From assembly GCA_035565675.1 (NCBI GenBank), contig DATMSA010000037.1, forward strand, positions 13,173 to 53,172: a stretch of DNA of 40,000 bases, in the 5' to 3' direction. Positions 1-8,716 of the stretch are shown piece by piece; position 1 is the stretch's first letter; the number at the start of each line of letters is the position of its first letter. Source of the stretch: Capillimicrobium sp. (GTDB taxonomy: Bacteria; Actinomycetota; Thermoleophilia; Solirubrobacterales; Solirubrobacteraceae). The position numbers and the translations under genes are program-made. Under the pieces are notes generated by a model. The model was given only the letters and a program-made list of their open reading frames with translations. It did not search any database and was not told the DNA's origin.

Positions 1-1
1 C

Positions 2-571
2 AACTTCCGCGCCTCCGAGGATGCGATCGCCGGGCGCGCCGTCGCCGAGCGCGTCGAGCTCGAGGAGCGCGCGCTGCGCCGCTTCGCGCCCGTGGCCGCG
101 CGCCTGGGGCTGCGGGTGTGCGTCGAGAACCTCGCGCCGACCTACCCGTCGCCGCCGCGCGTCTGCCACGACCCGCGCGAGGTCGCCGCGTTCGTGCGCC
201 GCCTGGACAGCCCGGCGGTCGCGATGCTGTTCGACGCCGGCCACGCGCACATCGCCGCCGGCCTGCGCCGCGGCGACGCGGCCGCCCAGCTCGACGACGT
301 CGCCGACGCCGTCGGCCTGTTCCACCTGCACGACAACCTCGGCGCGCGCCGCCACGAGCTGCAGGCGCCGGGCGTCGACCCGCTGCGCCTCGACCTGCAC
401 CTGCCGCCCGGAGCGGGCACCCTGGCGTGGGAGCGCCTGGCGCCGGCGCTGGCCGGCCACGACGCGCCGCTCGTGCTGGAGATCGGCGCCGGCGTGCGCC
501 AGGAGCCGGTCGCGCTCGCGGCCGCGGCGCGCGCGGCCCTGACGGTCCCGGTCGCGCGCGCGGCCGCCTAG
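2..571 (+). CDS. sugar phosphate isomerase/epimerase (xylose isomerase-like TIM barrel), 5' end outside window
   Basis: The frame is open from base 2 (NFRASEDAIAG...), so the GTG at 92 in the ORF track is internal. Motifs VCVENL, FDAGHAHI, LHLHDN and LVLEIG are typical of the AP-endonuclease-2/xylose-isomerase-like fold. Third codon positions are strongly GC. Confidence 0.6.
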   Translation, partial: NFRASEDAIAGRAVAERVELEERALRRFAPVAARLGLRVCVENLAPTYPSPPRVCHDPREVAAFVRRLDSPAVAMLFDAGHAHIAAGLRRGDAAAQLDDVADAVGLFHLHDNLGARRHELQAPGVDPLRLDLHLPPGAGTLAWERLAPALAGHDAPLVLEIGAGVRQEPVALAAAARAALTVPVARAAA

Positions 572-1344
572 ACCGGGGCGCCCTCCAGCGCGAAGCGCTC
601 GGCCGCGACGGTCCCCGCGTCCTGCGGCTCGTCGGTGACGAGCAGGGCGATCCCGGTGCGGTACTTGCTCATCGCGACCGGCTCGATCCCGCGCTGCGCC
701 AGCAGCTCGTCGCAGCGGCCGTCCCCGCCCTCGGACTTCGTCTCGACCAGGACCCAGTCGGCGTCCAGGCGGGCCAGCGCGCCGTCGGGGCGCACCAGCT
801 CCAGGTCGAGGTCGAACGTCACCCGCTGGGAGCCGTCGCGCTCCAGCAGCGTCCCGCGGCGGAAGCGCGTGATCAGCGACGGCGCGAGCCCGGCCGGCAG
901 CTCCTCGCCCGTGCGCTCGCGCAGGTGCTCGCCGAGGAACGCGCGGGCGCGGTCGAGGTTGCCGTGGTCGGCGTCGTCGCCGTCGAGGTGGTCCTTGACG
1001 GTCTCGTCGTCCTCCTGCTTGACCTTCAGCTCGAACGACGACTTGTCGCCGCCGACGTAGCGGCGGCTGCGCACCTTCCAGCGCGGCCGCTCGCCGTCGA
1101 CGTGGTCGCGGTACGTGCGCAGGTCGGGCGTGTCGAAGTAGATCGTCTCGTAGCGCGACAGCCGGTCGCCGTCGACCTCGAGCGCGACGTGGTCGGCGGC
1201 GAGCGCCTCGACGACCTCGATCCACACGGGGGTCGGGACGAGGTACTTGCGGTCGACGCGCCGCTGCAGCGCCGCGCGCTGCTCGACCGTGTCGAGGTCG
1301 ATGGGGTCGAGCCGCTGCACGGCGGCGAGCACGGGGTGGGGCAT
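568..1344 (-). CDS. VTC domain-containing protein (polyphosphate polymerase-like/CYTH-like)
   Basis: 258 aa. RKYLVP..., YETIYFDTPDL, RRY.....FELKVK and VLVETK resemble bacterial VTC (PF09359-type) proteins. It converges on the upstream gene with overlapping stop codons. Confidence 0.7.
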   Translation of the reverse strand: MPHPVLAAVQRLDPIDLDTVEQRAALQRRVDRKYLVPTPVWIEVVEALAADHVALEVDGDRLSRYETIYFDTPDLRTYRDHVDGERPRWKVRSRRYVGGDKSSFELKVKQEDDETVKDHLDGDDADHGNLDRARAFLGEHLRERTGEELPAGLAPSLITRFRRGTLLERDGSQRVTFDLDLELVRPDGALARLDADWVLVETKSEGGDGRCDELLAQRGIEPVAMSKYRTGIALLVTDEPQDAGTVAAERFALEGAPV

Positions 1345-1385
1345 GCGGGCCGGTTACCCAGGTCCGTCTGGGAGGATGCCGCGCC

Positions 1386-1775
1386 ATGTCGGTCTCCTGG
1401 GTCACGCAGGTCGGCGGCGTCGAGCTGGCGGTCGGCGCGCTCTCGGGCTGGGTCATCGCCCTGAGCGTCGATGCGCCGGAGCGCGTGCGGGCGGCCGGGG
1501 TGCGGGCGCCGCACCGGCTGCGTCAGGCGCACCTCGACCTGATCGTCATGGGCGTGATCCTCATCGCCGCCGGGCTGGCGGCCCCCGGCCTGCCGACGGT
1601 CTGGCAGGTCCTGCTCGTCGCCGGCGCCTGGGTCAATCCGCTGCTGTTCCTGCCGCTGGCCTGGAGCCCCGACCAGCAGAAGCGGCTGCCCTACCGCGCG
1701 GTGACGCTCGCCTCGTTCACGGCGATGAGCGCGGGCACGGTCGCGCTGGCGGTCCACCTGATCGCCGCCGGCTGA
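1386..1775 (+). CDS. hypothetical integral membrane protein
   Basis: 129 aa with about 4 hydrophobic helices and good GC3 bias. I recognise no family. Confidence 0.45.
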   Translation: MSVSWVTQVGGVELAVGALSGWVIALSVDAPERVRAAGVRAPHRLRQAHLDLIVMGVILIAAGLAAPGLPTVWQVLLVAGAWVNPLLFLPLAWSPDQQKRLPYRAVTLASFTAMSAGTVALAVHLIAAG

Positions 1776-1894
1776 CGCTCGAGCCGGCGCCGCAGCGGAC
1801 GCACGATCGAGTCCCGGGGACGCTGGCGGACCTCGCGTTCGCGACGTGAGAACGGGGCGTTCGGCGCCGATGGGGCCGCGCCGATGCCGGAGGT

Positions 1895-3622
1895 ATGCGC
1901 TTTTCCATCCAGACCAAGCTGCTGGGTTCGTCCGCGTTCATCCTCGTCTGCCTCCTGGTGGTCGGGATCGTGGGGATCACCAGCCTGTCGTCCGTCGCCA
2001 CCAAGGGCGAGAAGGTCGACGAGAAGGTCGTCACGCCGATCGTCGATCTTGCCGTCGCCCGCGCGAACCTCAACGAGAACCTCGCGCTGATCGGCAGCCA
2101 CATCCTCGAGACCGACGCCGAGGCGAGCGCGGCGATCGAAGAGGAGTTCGCGGCGATCAGCGAAGAGACCAGCAAGCGCCTGGCGGCCGTCCAGCCGACG
2201 CTGCTCACGGCCGAGGCCCGCCAGCTCTTCTCGGATCTGACGGAGGCGCGCGAGCAGGCCGTCGCCGCCGCCGACAAGACGTTCGCGCTCTCCCAGGCCG
2301 GCCGCAACGCCGATGCCTACGCGACCTACACGTCCGAGCTGCGCCCGTCGTTCCAGGCGCTCATCACCAACCTCGAGAAGCTGTTCGAGAGCAAGGAGCA
2401 GGTGAGCGCGGAGACCGCCGCCGAGATCACCAGCCTGTACGAGTCGCGCCGCACGCTGTCGATCGTGATCATCGTCATCGCGCTGCTCGGCGGCTTCGTG
2501 CTGTCGTTCCTGATCGCGCGCAGCATCCGCCGCTCGGTGGCCGACGTGCGCGACCGCCTCGGCTCGCTGCGCGACCGCGACACCGCCGACCTGCAGCGCG
2601 GCCTGACCGCGATGGCGGAGGGCGACCTGACCGTCAAGGTGGTGCCGGCCACGGAGCCGATCGAGCGCATCACCGGCGACGAGCTCGGCGAGGTCGCCAC
2701 GGCGACGAACGAGATCGCCGCCGCGACGGCTGCCACCGTGGAGGCCTACAACGCCACGCAGGAGGCGCTGGCCGGGATGCTCAAGGAGGTCGCGCAGACC
2801 GCCGACACCGTCGCGTCGTCGTCGGAGCAGATGGCGTCGACGTCGGAGGAGGGCGGTCGCGCCGTCTCCGAGATCGCGCACGCCGTGGGCGACGTCGCCG
2901 CGGGCGCCGAGCGCCAGGTGAAGATGGTCGAGCAGTCGCGCGGGGCGATCGAGGAGACGACCCGCCTCGCGGCCGAGACCCGCGAGCGGGCCGACACCGG
3001 CGCCGCCGCGGCCGAGCAGGCGACCGAGGCGATGTCCGCCGTGCGCGGCTCGTCGGCGGCCGTCAGCGAGGCGATGGCGTCGCTGGCCGCGAAGTCGGAC
3101 GAGATCGGCGGCATCGTCTCCGCGATCACCGGCATCGCCGAGCAGACGAACCTGCTGGCGCTGAACGCCGCGATCGAGGCGGCGCGCGCCGGCGAGCAGG
3201 GCCGCGGGTTCGCGGTCGTCGCCGAGCAGGTCCGCAAGCTCGCCGAGGAGTCCCAGGAGGCCGCGGGGTCGATCTCCGCGCTCATCGAGCAGGTGCAGAA
3301 GGAGACGACCGACACGCTGGCCGTGGTCGAGGAGGGCGCCCAGCGCTCCGACGAGGGCGCCGAGATCGTCGAGCGCGCTCGCGAGGCGTTCATGCAGATC
3401 ACCGATGCGGTCCGCCAGGTCGGCGATCGCCTCAACGAGGTCGCCGAGCAGGCCGGTGAGGTCGCCGCGGTCGCCGAGGAGTCGTCGGCGTCGACCGAGC
3501 AGGTGTCGGCCTCCACGCAGCAGACCAGCGCCTCGACGCAGGAGATCGCCGCGTCGGCCCAGGAGCTGGCGGGCAACGCCGAGCAGCTCAAGGCGCTCGT
3601 CGGCCGCTTCACGGTCGCCTGA
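1895..3622 (+). CDS. methyl-accepting chemotaxis protein (4-helix-bundle sensor, HAMP, MA domain)
   Basis: 575 aa with an N-terminal TM, a second TM followed by a HAMP-like segment, and the canonical hairpin tip [51 protein letters not shown]. Confidence 0.9.
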   Translation: MRFSIQTKLLGSSAFILVCLLVVGIVGITSLSSVATKGEKVDEKVVTPIVDLAVARANLNENLALIGSHILETDAEASAAIEEEFAAISEETSKRLAAVQPTLLTAEARQLFSDLTEAREQAVAAADKTFALSQAGRNADAYATYTSELRPSFQALITNLEKLFESKEQVSAETAAEITSLYESRRTLSIVIIVIALLGGFVLSFLIARSIRRSVADVRDRLGSLRDRDTADLQRGLTAMAEGDLTVKVVPATEPIERITGDELGEVATATNEIAAATAATVEAYNATQEALAGMLKEVAQTADTVASSSEQMASTSEEGGRAVSEIAHAVGDVAAGAERQVKMVEQSRGAIEETTRLAAETRERADTGAAAAEQATEAMSAVRGSSAAVSEAMASLAAKSDEIGGIVSAITGIAEQTNLLALNAAIEAARAGEQGRGFAVVAEQVRKLAEESQEAAGSISALIEQVQKETTDTLAVVEEGAQRSDEGAEIVERAREAFMQITDAVRQVGDRLNEVAEQAGEVAAVAEESSASTEQVSASTQQTSASTQEIAASAQELAGNAEQLKALVGRFTVA

Positions 3623-3645
3623 GACGGCGCCGTTCGCATCGCCGC

Positions 3646-3670
3646 GTCCCGGGGCCGCGCGCCCCGGGAC
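3646..3670 (+). terminator. GC-rich hairpin after MCP-1 (no U-tract)
   Basis: GTCCCGGGGC-cgcgc-GCCCCGGGAC forms a perfect 10-bp stem 24 nt after the stop at 3622. Confidence 0.4.
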
Positions 3671-3676
3671 GTCGGG

Positions 3677-3708
3677 GATCCCCGGAAGTGGCGATCCCCG
3701 GAAGTGGC
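3677..3708. repeat. perfect 16-bp tandem direct repeat (GATCCCCGGAAGTGGC x2)
   Basis: Read directly: 3677-3692 equals 3693-3708. It lies between the two MCP genes, about 40 nt upstream of the likely MCP-2 start. Confidence 0.9.
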
Positions 3709-3745
3709 CATGCACATCCTCGCGGACCGGCCGAGTACGTCGTCC

Positions 3746-5476
3746 ATGAGGAGAGCTTCCGTCCAAACCAAGCTGCTGGGGTCCGCGGCGTTCCTGCTCG
3801 TCTGCCTGCTGGTGGTGGGCATCGTCGGGATCACCAGCCTGTCGTCCGTCGCGTCCAAGGGCCAGACGGTCGACGAGAAGGTCGTCGCGCCGATCGTCGA
3901 CACGGCGGTCGCCCGCGCGACGCTCAACGCCAACAACGCGCTGCTCGCGCGCCGCGTGCAGGAGCGCGACGCCGCCGCCGGCGCCGAGCTGCAGAAGCAG
4001 TTCGAGGCCAACGCCGAGGAGATCACCAAGCGCCTCGACGCGGTCGCGGCGACGATGATCCTGCCCGAGGGCCGGCAGGCCATCGCCCAGGTCAAGGAGC
4101 TGCGCTCCGGCTTCTACACGCCGGCGCAGCAGGTGCTCGAGCTGGCGGCCGCCGGCCGCCTCGACGACGCCCGGGCTCTGTACGAGGCCGAGGTCGTCCC
4201 GGCGTTCGACCGCCTCGGGGCCGGCTTCGACCGGGTCTTCGACATCAAGGTCGGCATCAGCGCCGACACGACCGCCGAGATCACGACCCTCTACGAGTCG
4301 CGGCGCACGCTGTCGATCGTGCTGATCGTCGTGGCGCTGGTGGGCGGGTTCGCGCTGTCGTTCCTGATCGCGCGCGGCATCCGCCGGTCGGTGGCCGACG
4401 TGCGCGACCGCCTCACCTCCCTGCGCGACCGCGACACCGCGGACCTGCGCGGGGCGCTGGCGGCGATGTCGGAGGGCGACCTGACCGTCGGCGTCGCCCC
4501 GTCGACGGAGCCGATCGAGCGCATCACGCGCGACGAGCTGGGCGACGTCGCCACGGCCGCGAACGAGATCGCGGCCGCGACGGCCCAGACGATGGCGGCC
4601 TACAACGCCACGCAGCAGGCGCTGGCCGGGATGCTGACCGAGGTCTCCCAGACGGCCGGCGCCGTCGCGTCGTCCTCGCAGGAGATGGCCGCGACCTCGG
4701 AGGAGGCCGGGCGCGCGGTCGCGGAGATCGCGAACGCCGTCGGCGACGTCGCGCAGGGCGCCGAGCGCCAGGTGAAGGTCGTCGAGCAGGCCCGCACCGC
4801 GACGGAGGAGACGAACCGGCTCGCCGTCGAGGCGCGCGAGCGCGCCGACCAGGGCGCCGCGGCCGCCGTGCAGGCCGCGGACGCCATGACCGCGGTGCGC
4901 GGCTCGTCGGCGGCGGTCAGCGAGGCGATGGCGTCGCTGGCCGCGAAGTCCGACGAGATCGGCGGGATCGTCTCGGCGATCACGGGGATCGCCGAGCAGA
5001 CGAACCTGCTGGCGCTGAACGCCGCGATCGAGGCCGCCCGGGCCGGCGAGCAGGGCCGCGGGTTCGCGGTCGTCGCCGAGCAGGTGCGCCAGCTCGCCGA
5101 GGAGTCCCAGCAGGCCGCGGGGTCGATCTCGGCCCTGATCGACCAGGTGCAGAAGGAGACCGCGGCCGCGCTGCGGGTCGTCGAGGAGGGCGCCCAGCGC
5201 TCCGACGAGGGCGCCGAGGTGGTCGAGCGGGCGCGCGAGGCGTTCGTGCAGATCACCGAGGCGGTGCGGTCGGTCGGCGAGCAGATCGCCGAGGTCGCCG
5301 CGCAGGCCGGCGAGGTCGCCGCGGTCGCCGAGGAGTCGTCGGCGTCGACCGAGCAGGTGTCCGCCTCCACCCAGGAGACCAGCGCCTCGACGCAGCAGAT
5401 CGCCGCGTCCGCGCAGGAGCTCGCCGGCAGCGCGCAGCAGCTCCACGCGCTCGTCGGCCGCTTCACCGTCGCCTGA
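3746..5476 (+). CDS. methyl-accepting chemotaxis protein, tandem paralog of 1895..3622
   Basis: I prefer the start at ATG 3746 ([12 protein letters not shown]) because it aligns with the MCP-1 N-terminus [11 protein letters not shown]; the ORF track starts at GTG 3704. The signalling domain is nearly identical to MCP-1, while the periplasmic helical sensor is strongly diverged. Confidence 0.9.
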   Translation: MRRASVQTKLLGSAAFLLVCLLVVGIVGITSLSSVASKGQTVDEKVVAPIVDTAVARATLNANNALLARRVQERDAAAGAELQKQFEANAEEITKRLDAVAATMILPEGRQAIAQVKELRSGFYTPAQQVLELAAAGRLDDARALYEAEVVPAFDRLGAGFDRVFDIKVGISADTTAEITTLYESRRTLSIVLIVVALVGGFALSFLIARGIRRSVADVRDRLTSLRDRDTADLRGALAAMSEGDLTVGVAPSTEPIERITRDELGDVATAANEIAAATAQTMAAYNATQQALAGMLTEVSQTAGAVASSSQEMAATSEEAGRAVAEIANAVGDVAQGAERQVKVVEQARTATEETNRLAVEARERADQGAAAAVQAADAMTAVRGSSAAVSEAMASLAAKSDEIGGIVSAITGIAEQTNLLALNAAIEAARAGEQGRGFAVVAEQVRQLAEESQQAAGSISALIDQVQKETAAALRVVEEGAQRSDEGAEVVERAREAFVQITEAVRSVGEQIAEVAAQAGEVAAVAEESSASTEQVSASTQETSASTQQIAASAQELAGSAQQLHALVGRFTVA

Positions 5477-5504
5477 GCCCGCCGCGCGCCTGGCTCCGCC
5501 CGAT

Positions 5505-5903
5505 GTGGCATCGTCCGCGTCGATGAGCGGGGCGGAGCCAGAGCGCGCGGGCGGCGGCGAGTTCGCCGGCGACGCGACCCGCCGCACGTTCCTCGCCAAC
5601 GAGCGCACCCAGCTCGCCTGGTGGCGGACCGGCCTGACGTCGGTCGCCGTCGGGGTCGGCGTCGGCCGCGTCGTGCCCGAGCTGGGCGGCGGCGAGCACT
5701 GGGCCTACGCCGCCGTCGGCGTCGGCTACATCGTCTACGGGCTGCTGTTCGTGCTCGTGGGGACCTGGCGTCAGCGCCAGGTCGAGCGGGCGGTGCTCGA
5801 GCACGGCTGGCGCGCCCAGGACCGCATGATCCTGCTGGCGATGACCGCGGGCGGGGTCGTCCTTGCCCTCGCCACGGCGGCCCTGGTGGTCATCGACGCC
5901 TGA
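5505..5903 (+). CDS. DUF202 (YidH-like) membrane protein
   Basis: Carries the FLANERTQLAWWRTGL motif followed by 3 TM helices. The start is ambiguous (GTG 5505 or ATG 5523). Confidence 0.65.
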   Translation: MASSASMSGAEPERAGGGEFAGDATRRTFLANERTQLAWWRTGLTSVAVGVGVGRVVPELGGGEHWAYAAVGVGYIVYGLLFVLVGTWRQRQVERAVLEHGWRAQDRMILLAMTAGGVVLALATAALVVIDA

Positions 5904-6487
5904 TGGCCGCGCCGACCGCCGACGAGCTGCCCGTCCTGCGCTGCCCCGACGCCGCCGCGTTCGAGGCGTGGATGGAGGCCGAGCACGTGAGCGCGCCCGG
6001 CGTGTGGCTCGAGTTCGCCAAGAAGGCCAGCGGCATCCCGACCGTCACCTATGGCGAGGCGCTCGACATCGCGCTGTGCTTCGGGTGGATCGACGGGCAG
6101 ACGAAGTCGGTCGACGAGACCTGGTACCGCCAGCGCTTCACGCCGCGGCGCACGCGCAGCAGGTGGTCGCTGCGCAACGTCGAGAAGGTCGCGGAGCTGA
6201 TCGCCGCCGGGCGGATGCGCCCGGCCGGCCTGGCCGAGGTCGAGCGCGCGAAGGCCGACGGTCGCTGGGAGGGCGCCTACCCGAGCCCCAGCCGCATCGA
6301 GGTCCCGCCCGACCTGCAGGCCGAGCTGGACGCCGACCCGCAGGCGGCCGCGTCCTTCGCCGCGCTGGACAGCCGGAACCGCTACGCGATCCTCTACCGC
6401 CTGCACGACGCCAAGCGGCCGGAGACCCGTGCGCGGCGCCTGGCGCAGTTCGTCGACACGCTGCGCCGCGGCGAGACGATCGTCTAG
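5903..6487 (+). CDS. YdeI/OmpD-associated family protein
   Basis: ATG 5903 overlaps the preceding stop (TGATG). FEAWMEAEH, GVWLEFAKK, CFGWIDGQ, RFTPRR and NRYAILYRL...AKRPETRARR are typical of this family. Confidence 0.7.
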   Translation: MAAPTADELPVLRCPDAAAFEAWMEAEHVSAPGVWLEFAKKASGIPTVTYGEALDIALCFGWIDGQTKSVDETWYRQRFTPRRTRSRWSLRNVEKVAELIAAGRMRPAGLAEVERAKADGRWEGAYPSPSRIEVPPDLQAELDADPQAAASFAALDSRNRYAILYRLHDAKRPETRARRLAQFVDTLRRGETIV

Positions 6488-6596
6488 CGCCGGCGCTGCG
6501 CCGTACAGACCGAGGCGGTCGGCGGTCTCCGCGGCGCGCGGCGCAGCAGCCTCAATGCCGCCACCGTACGCGCCGGATCCCGGCGTACACGACTTC

Positions 6597-6629
6597 TTCA
6601 CCGAAGCTTCACAGCCGGGTAACGGCGAT
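6597..6629 (+). promoter_or_regulatory. PHO-box-like direct repeats (TTCACC-N5-TTCACA-N5-GTAACG)
   Basis: Hexamers start at 6597, 6608 and 6619 (11-bp phase), about 30 nt upstream of the ATG at 6658. Confidence 0.5.
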
Positions 6630-6657
6630 CGGGCCGCGTCGCGCGAGGGTGGCGGCC

Positions 6658-7011
6658 ATGGAGGCCGCGTCCAACGTGCTGCGCTCGGGCGAGGTGGAGG
6701 TCCACCCGGCCGACGGGCTCGTGCGCGTCGGCGGCCGGGTGGTGGCGATGTCGATGCGCGAGCTGCGGCTGCTGTCCGCGCTCGTGGAGCGCGAGGGACG
6801 CATCGTCTCGCGCGCCGACCTGTACCGCATCGCCTGGGGCGCGCCGCTGCGCGACGGCGACCGCTCGGTCGACGTGTACGTCCACAAGCTGCGCGTGAAG
6901 CTCGAGGAGGCGCTCCCCGGCCACGCGTTCATCCACACCCACTTCGGCTTCGGCTACCGGTTCTCGCCGGAGCCTTCACACGCTTTTCACAACGGCGACC
7001 CCGGGGCCTAG
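6658..7011 (+). CDS. stand-alone OmpR/PhoB-type winged-helix DNA-binding protein (no receiver domain)
   Basis: 117 aa. ATG 6658 is preceded by GAGGGTGG. The sequence L..RE..LL..L....GRIVSR..L....WG.....GDRSVDVYVHKLRVKLEE......IHTHFGFGYRFSPEP is a Trans_reg_C domain closely similar to the C-terminus of the regulator at 12841..13692. The in-frame sequence upstream is not receiver-like. Confidence 0.7.
   Translation: MEAASNVLRSGEVEVHPADGLVRVGGRVVAMSMRELRLLSALVEREGRIVSRADLYRIAWGAPLRDGDRSVDVYVHKLRVKLEEALPGHAFIHTHFGFGYRFSPEPSHAFHNGDPGA
6975..6996 (+). promoter_or_regulatory. PHO-box-like direct repeat (TTCACA-N5-TTCACA)
   Basis: TTCACA occurs at 6975 and 6986. The repeat sits inside the last codons of the wHTH gene, 58 nt upstream of the pstB2 GTG at 7054. 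Confidence 0.55.
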
Positions 7012-7053
7012 CAGCCTGGGCCCGCCACGCGCGGAGACCAAGGAGCTGCCCCC

Positions 7054-7914
7054 GTGACCCCAGGCCAGACCACGCAGATCACCCCGGCGGCGCCCGTGCC
7101 GATGCGACGCGTGCGCCCGGCGGCCGAGGCGCCCGCCGCCCAACCGGCGGCGGCGATCGAGCGCGCCGCCCGGCCGGTGCGCCTCGAGGCGCTGAACGCC
7201 TGGTACGGGTCCCATCACACGGTCAGGGACGTGAGCCTGACGTTCCCGGCCAACGCGGCGACGGCGCTCATCGGCCCGTCGGGCTCGGGCAAGTCGACGG
7301 TCGTGCGGTGCATCAACCGCATGCACGAGGAGATCCGCGGCGCCCGCGCGCAGGGGCGCGTGCTGCTCGACGACGTCGACGTTTACCACCCGAAGGTCGA
7401 CGTCGGCGCGGTGCGGCGCGCGATCGGCATGGTCTTCCAGAAGCCCAACCCGTTCCCGACGATGTCGATCTACGACAACGTCGCCGCCGGCGTGCGCCTC
7501 ACGCAGCGGCGGGTCTCGCGCGACCAGGTCGAGTCGGCGCTGCGGCGCGCGAACCTGTGGGACGAGGTCAAGGACCGCCTCGACCGCCCCGGCCACGGCC
7601 TCTCCGGCGGCCAGCAGCAGCGGCTGTGCATCGCCCGCGCGCTCGCCGTCGAGCCCGAGGTGCTGCTGATGGACGAGCCCGCCTCCGCGCTGGACCCGAT
7701 CTCGACACTGAAGATCGAGGAGCTCGTCCAGGAGCTCAAGCAGCGCCTGACGATCGTGATCGTCACCCACAACATGCAGCAGGCGGCGCGCGTCGCCGAC
7801 CGCACCGCGTTCCTGCTCGACGGGCAGGTCGTCGAGGAGGGGCCGACCGAGACGATCTTCACGGCGCCGCGCGACCGCCGCACCGAGGACTACGTCAGCG
7901 GGCGGTTCGGATGA
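7054..7914 (+). CDS. pstB: phosphate ABC transporter ATP-binding protein, second copy (pstB2)
   Basis: GTG 7054 is preceded by AAGGAG. Walker A is [54 protein letters not shown] and VTHNMQQA are PstB hallmarks, and the protein is similar throughout to the PstB at 11875..12738. Confidence 0.85.
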   Translation: MTPGQTTQITPAAPVPMRRVRPAAEAPAAQPAAAIERAARPVRLEALNAWYGSHHTVRDVSLTFPANAATALIGPSGSGKSTVVRCINRMHEEIRGARAQGRVLLDDVDVYHPKVDVGAVRRAIGMVFQKPNPFPTMSIYDNVAAGVRLTQRRVSRDQVESALRRANLWDEVKDRLDRPGHGLSGGQQQRLCIARALAVEPEVLLMDEPASALDPISTLKIEELVQELKQRLTIVIVTHNMQQAARVADRTAFLLDGQVVEEGPTETIFTAPRDRRTEDYVSGRFG

Positions 7915-8603
7915 GCGGCACCGGGATGCGCGTCCACTTCCACGAGGAGCTGGCCGCGCTGGAGACGCAGGCGCTCGGCGGCATCGACCTCGTCGTCGGC
8001 CAGCTCGACCGCGTGATGGAGGCGCTCACCCACCAGGACGTCGAGCTCGCCAGCTTCGTCATCGCCGACGACGACCGCCTCGACGGGCGCTACCTGGAGG
8101 TCAACCAGGGGATCCTGTCGCTCCTGGCGCTGCAGGCACCGGTCGCCGGCGACCTGCGCGTCGTCGCGGCACTGCTGCACGTGATCAAGCACGTCGAGCG
8201 CATGGGCGACCAGTGCGTGAACGTCGCCAAGCTCATCCCGCTCGCCGGCCACGAGCCGCCGCGGCTGCCGGAGATCGTCGAGCAGCTCATGCACATGGGT
8301 CAGTTCGCGCGCAGCCAGGCGCTGCAGGCGAAGACGTCGTTCGCCGAGCGCGACGTGGCGCTCGCCCGCGACCTCGTGCGCCAGGACCGAGAGATCAACC
8401 GGCTCAACCGCGAGATCTTCAACACGGCGCTCGCGGTCGGCGACGACCCGGACGTGCGCGAGTGGGCGATGCACATGGTCCTCGTCGCCCGGGCGCTCGA
8501 GCGCATCGGCGACAACGCGGTCGACATCGGCGAGCAGACGGCGTTCGTCGTGACCGGCCTGTTCCGCGAGTTCACCGACTCGTCGGACCACGCCGAGACG
8601 TGA
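7911..8603 (+). CDS. phoU: phosphate signalling complex protein PhoU
   Basis: ATGA overlap with pstB2. Two PhoU repeats are present, with the ERMGD and [12 protein letters not shown] motifs. Confidence 0.9.
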   Translation: MSGTGMRVHFHEELAALETQALGGIDLVVGQLDRVMEALTHQDVELASFVIADDDRLDGRYLEVNQGILSLLALQAPVAGDLRVVAALLHVIKHVERMGDQCVNVAKLIPLAGHEPPRLPEIVEQLMHMGQFARSQALQAKTSFAERDVALARDLVRQDREINRLNREIFNTALAVGDDPDVREWAMHMVLVARALERIGDNAVDIGEQTAFVVTGLFREFTDSSDHAET

Positions 8604-8612
8604 GGCCGTACG

Positions 8613-8656
8613 TTCACAGGGCTTTCACACCGCGGCGACAGGTCGGTAACAGGCTG
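8613..8656 (+). promoter_or_regulatory. PHO-box-like array of four 11-bp-phased units (TTCACA, TTCACA, GCGACA, GTAACA)
   Basis: Hexamers start at 8613, 8624, 8635 and 8646. The array ends 60 nt upstream of the pstS TTG at 8717. Confidence 0.6.
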
Positions 8657-8716
8657 CCCGGTGTCGGGGCGCGAGGCTGACCTCGCAACCCCACGAGGAC
8701 GAGAAGGAGCTCTCAG

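Noticed and set aside
1353-1374. GTTACCCAGGT upstream of the VTC (polyphosphate-related) gene as a possible PHO box
   Set aside because: It is a single weak unit with no phased second TTCACA-like hexamer, which is insufficient to call.
1691-5608. 1305-aa ORF on the minus strand spanning both MCP genes
   Set aside because: It is antisense to two well-supported MCP genes. The translation is low-complexity (R/G/L/D-rich) with no recognisable domain. Stop-free antisense frames of this kind are typical in very high-GC DNA.
6429-8603. 724-aa plus-strand ORF
   Set aside because: Only the last 230 codons or so (from ATG 7911) are PhoU. The upstream part is out of frame over the wHTH and pstB2 genes and is compositionally junk.
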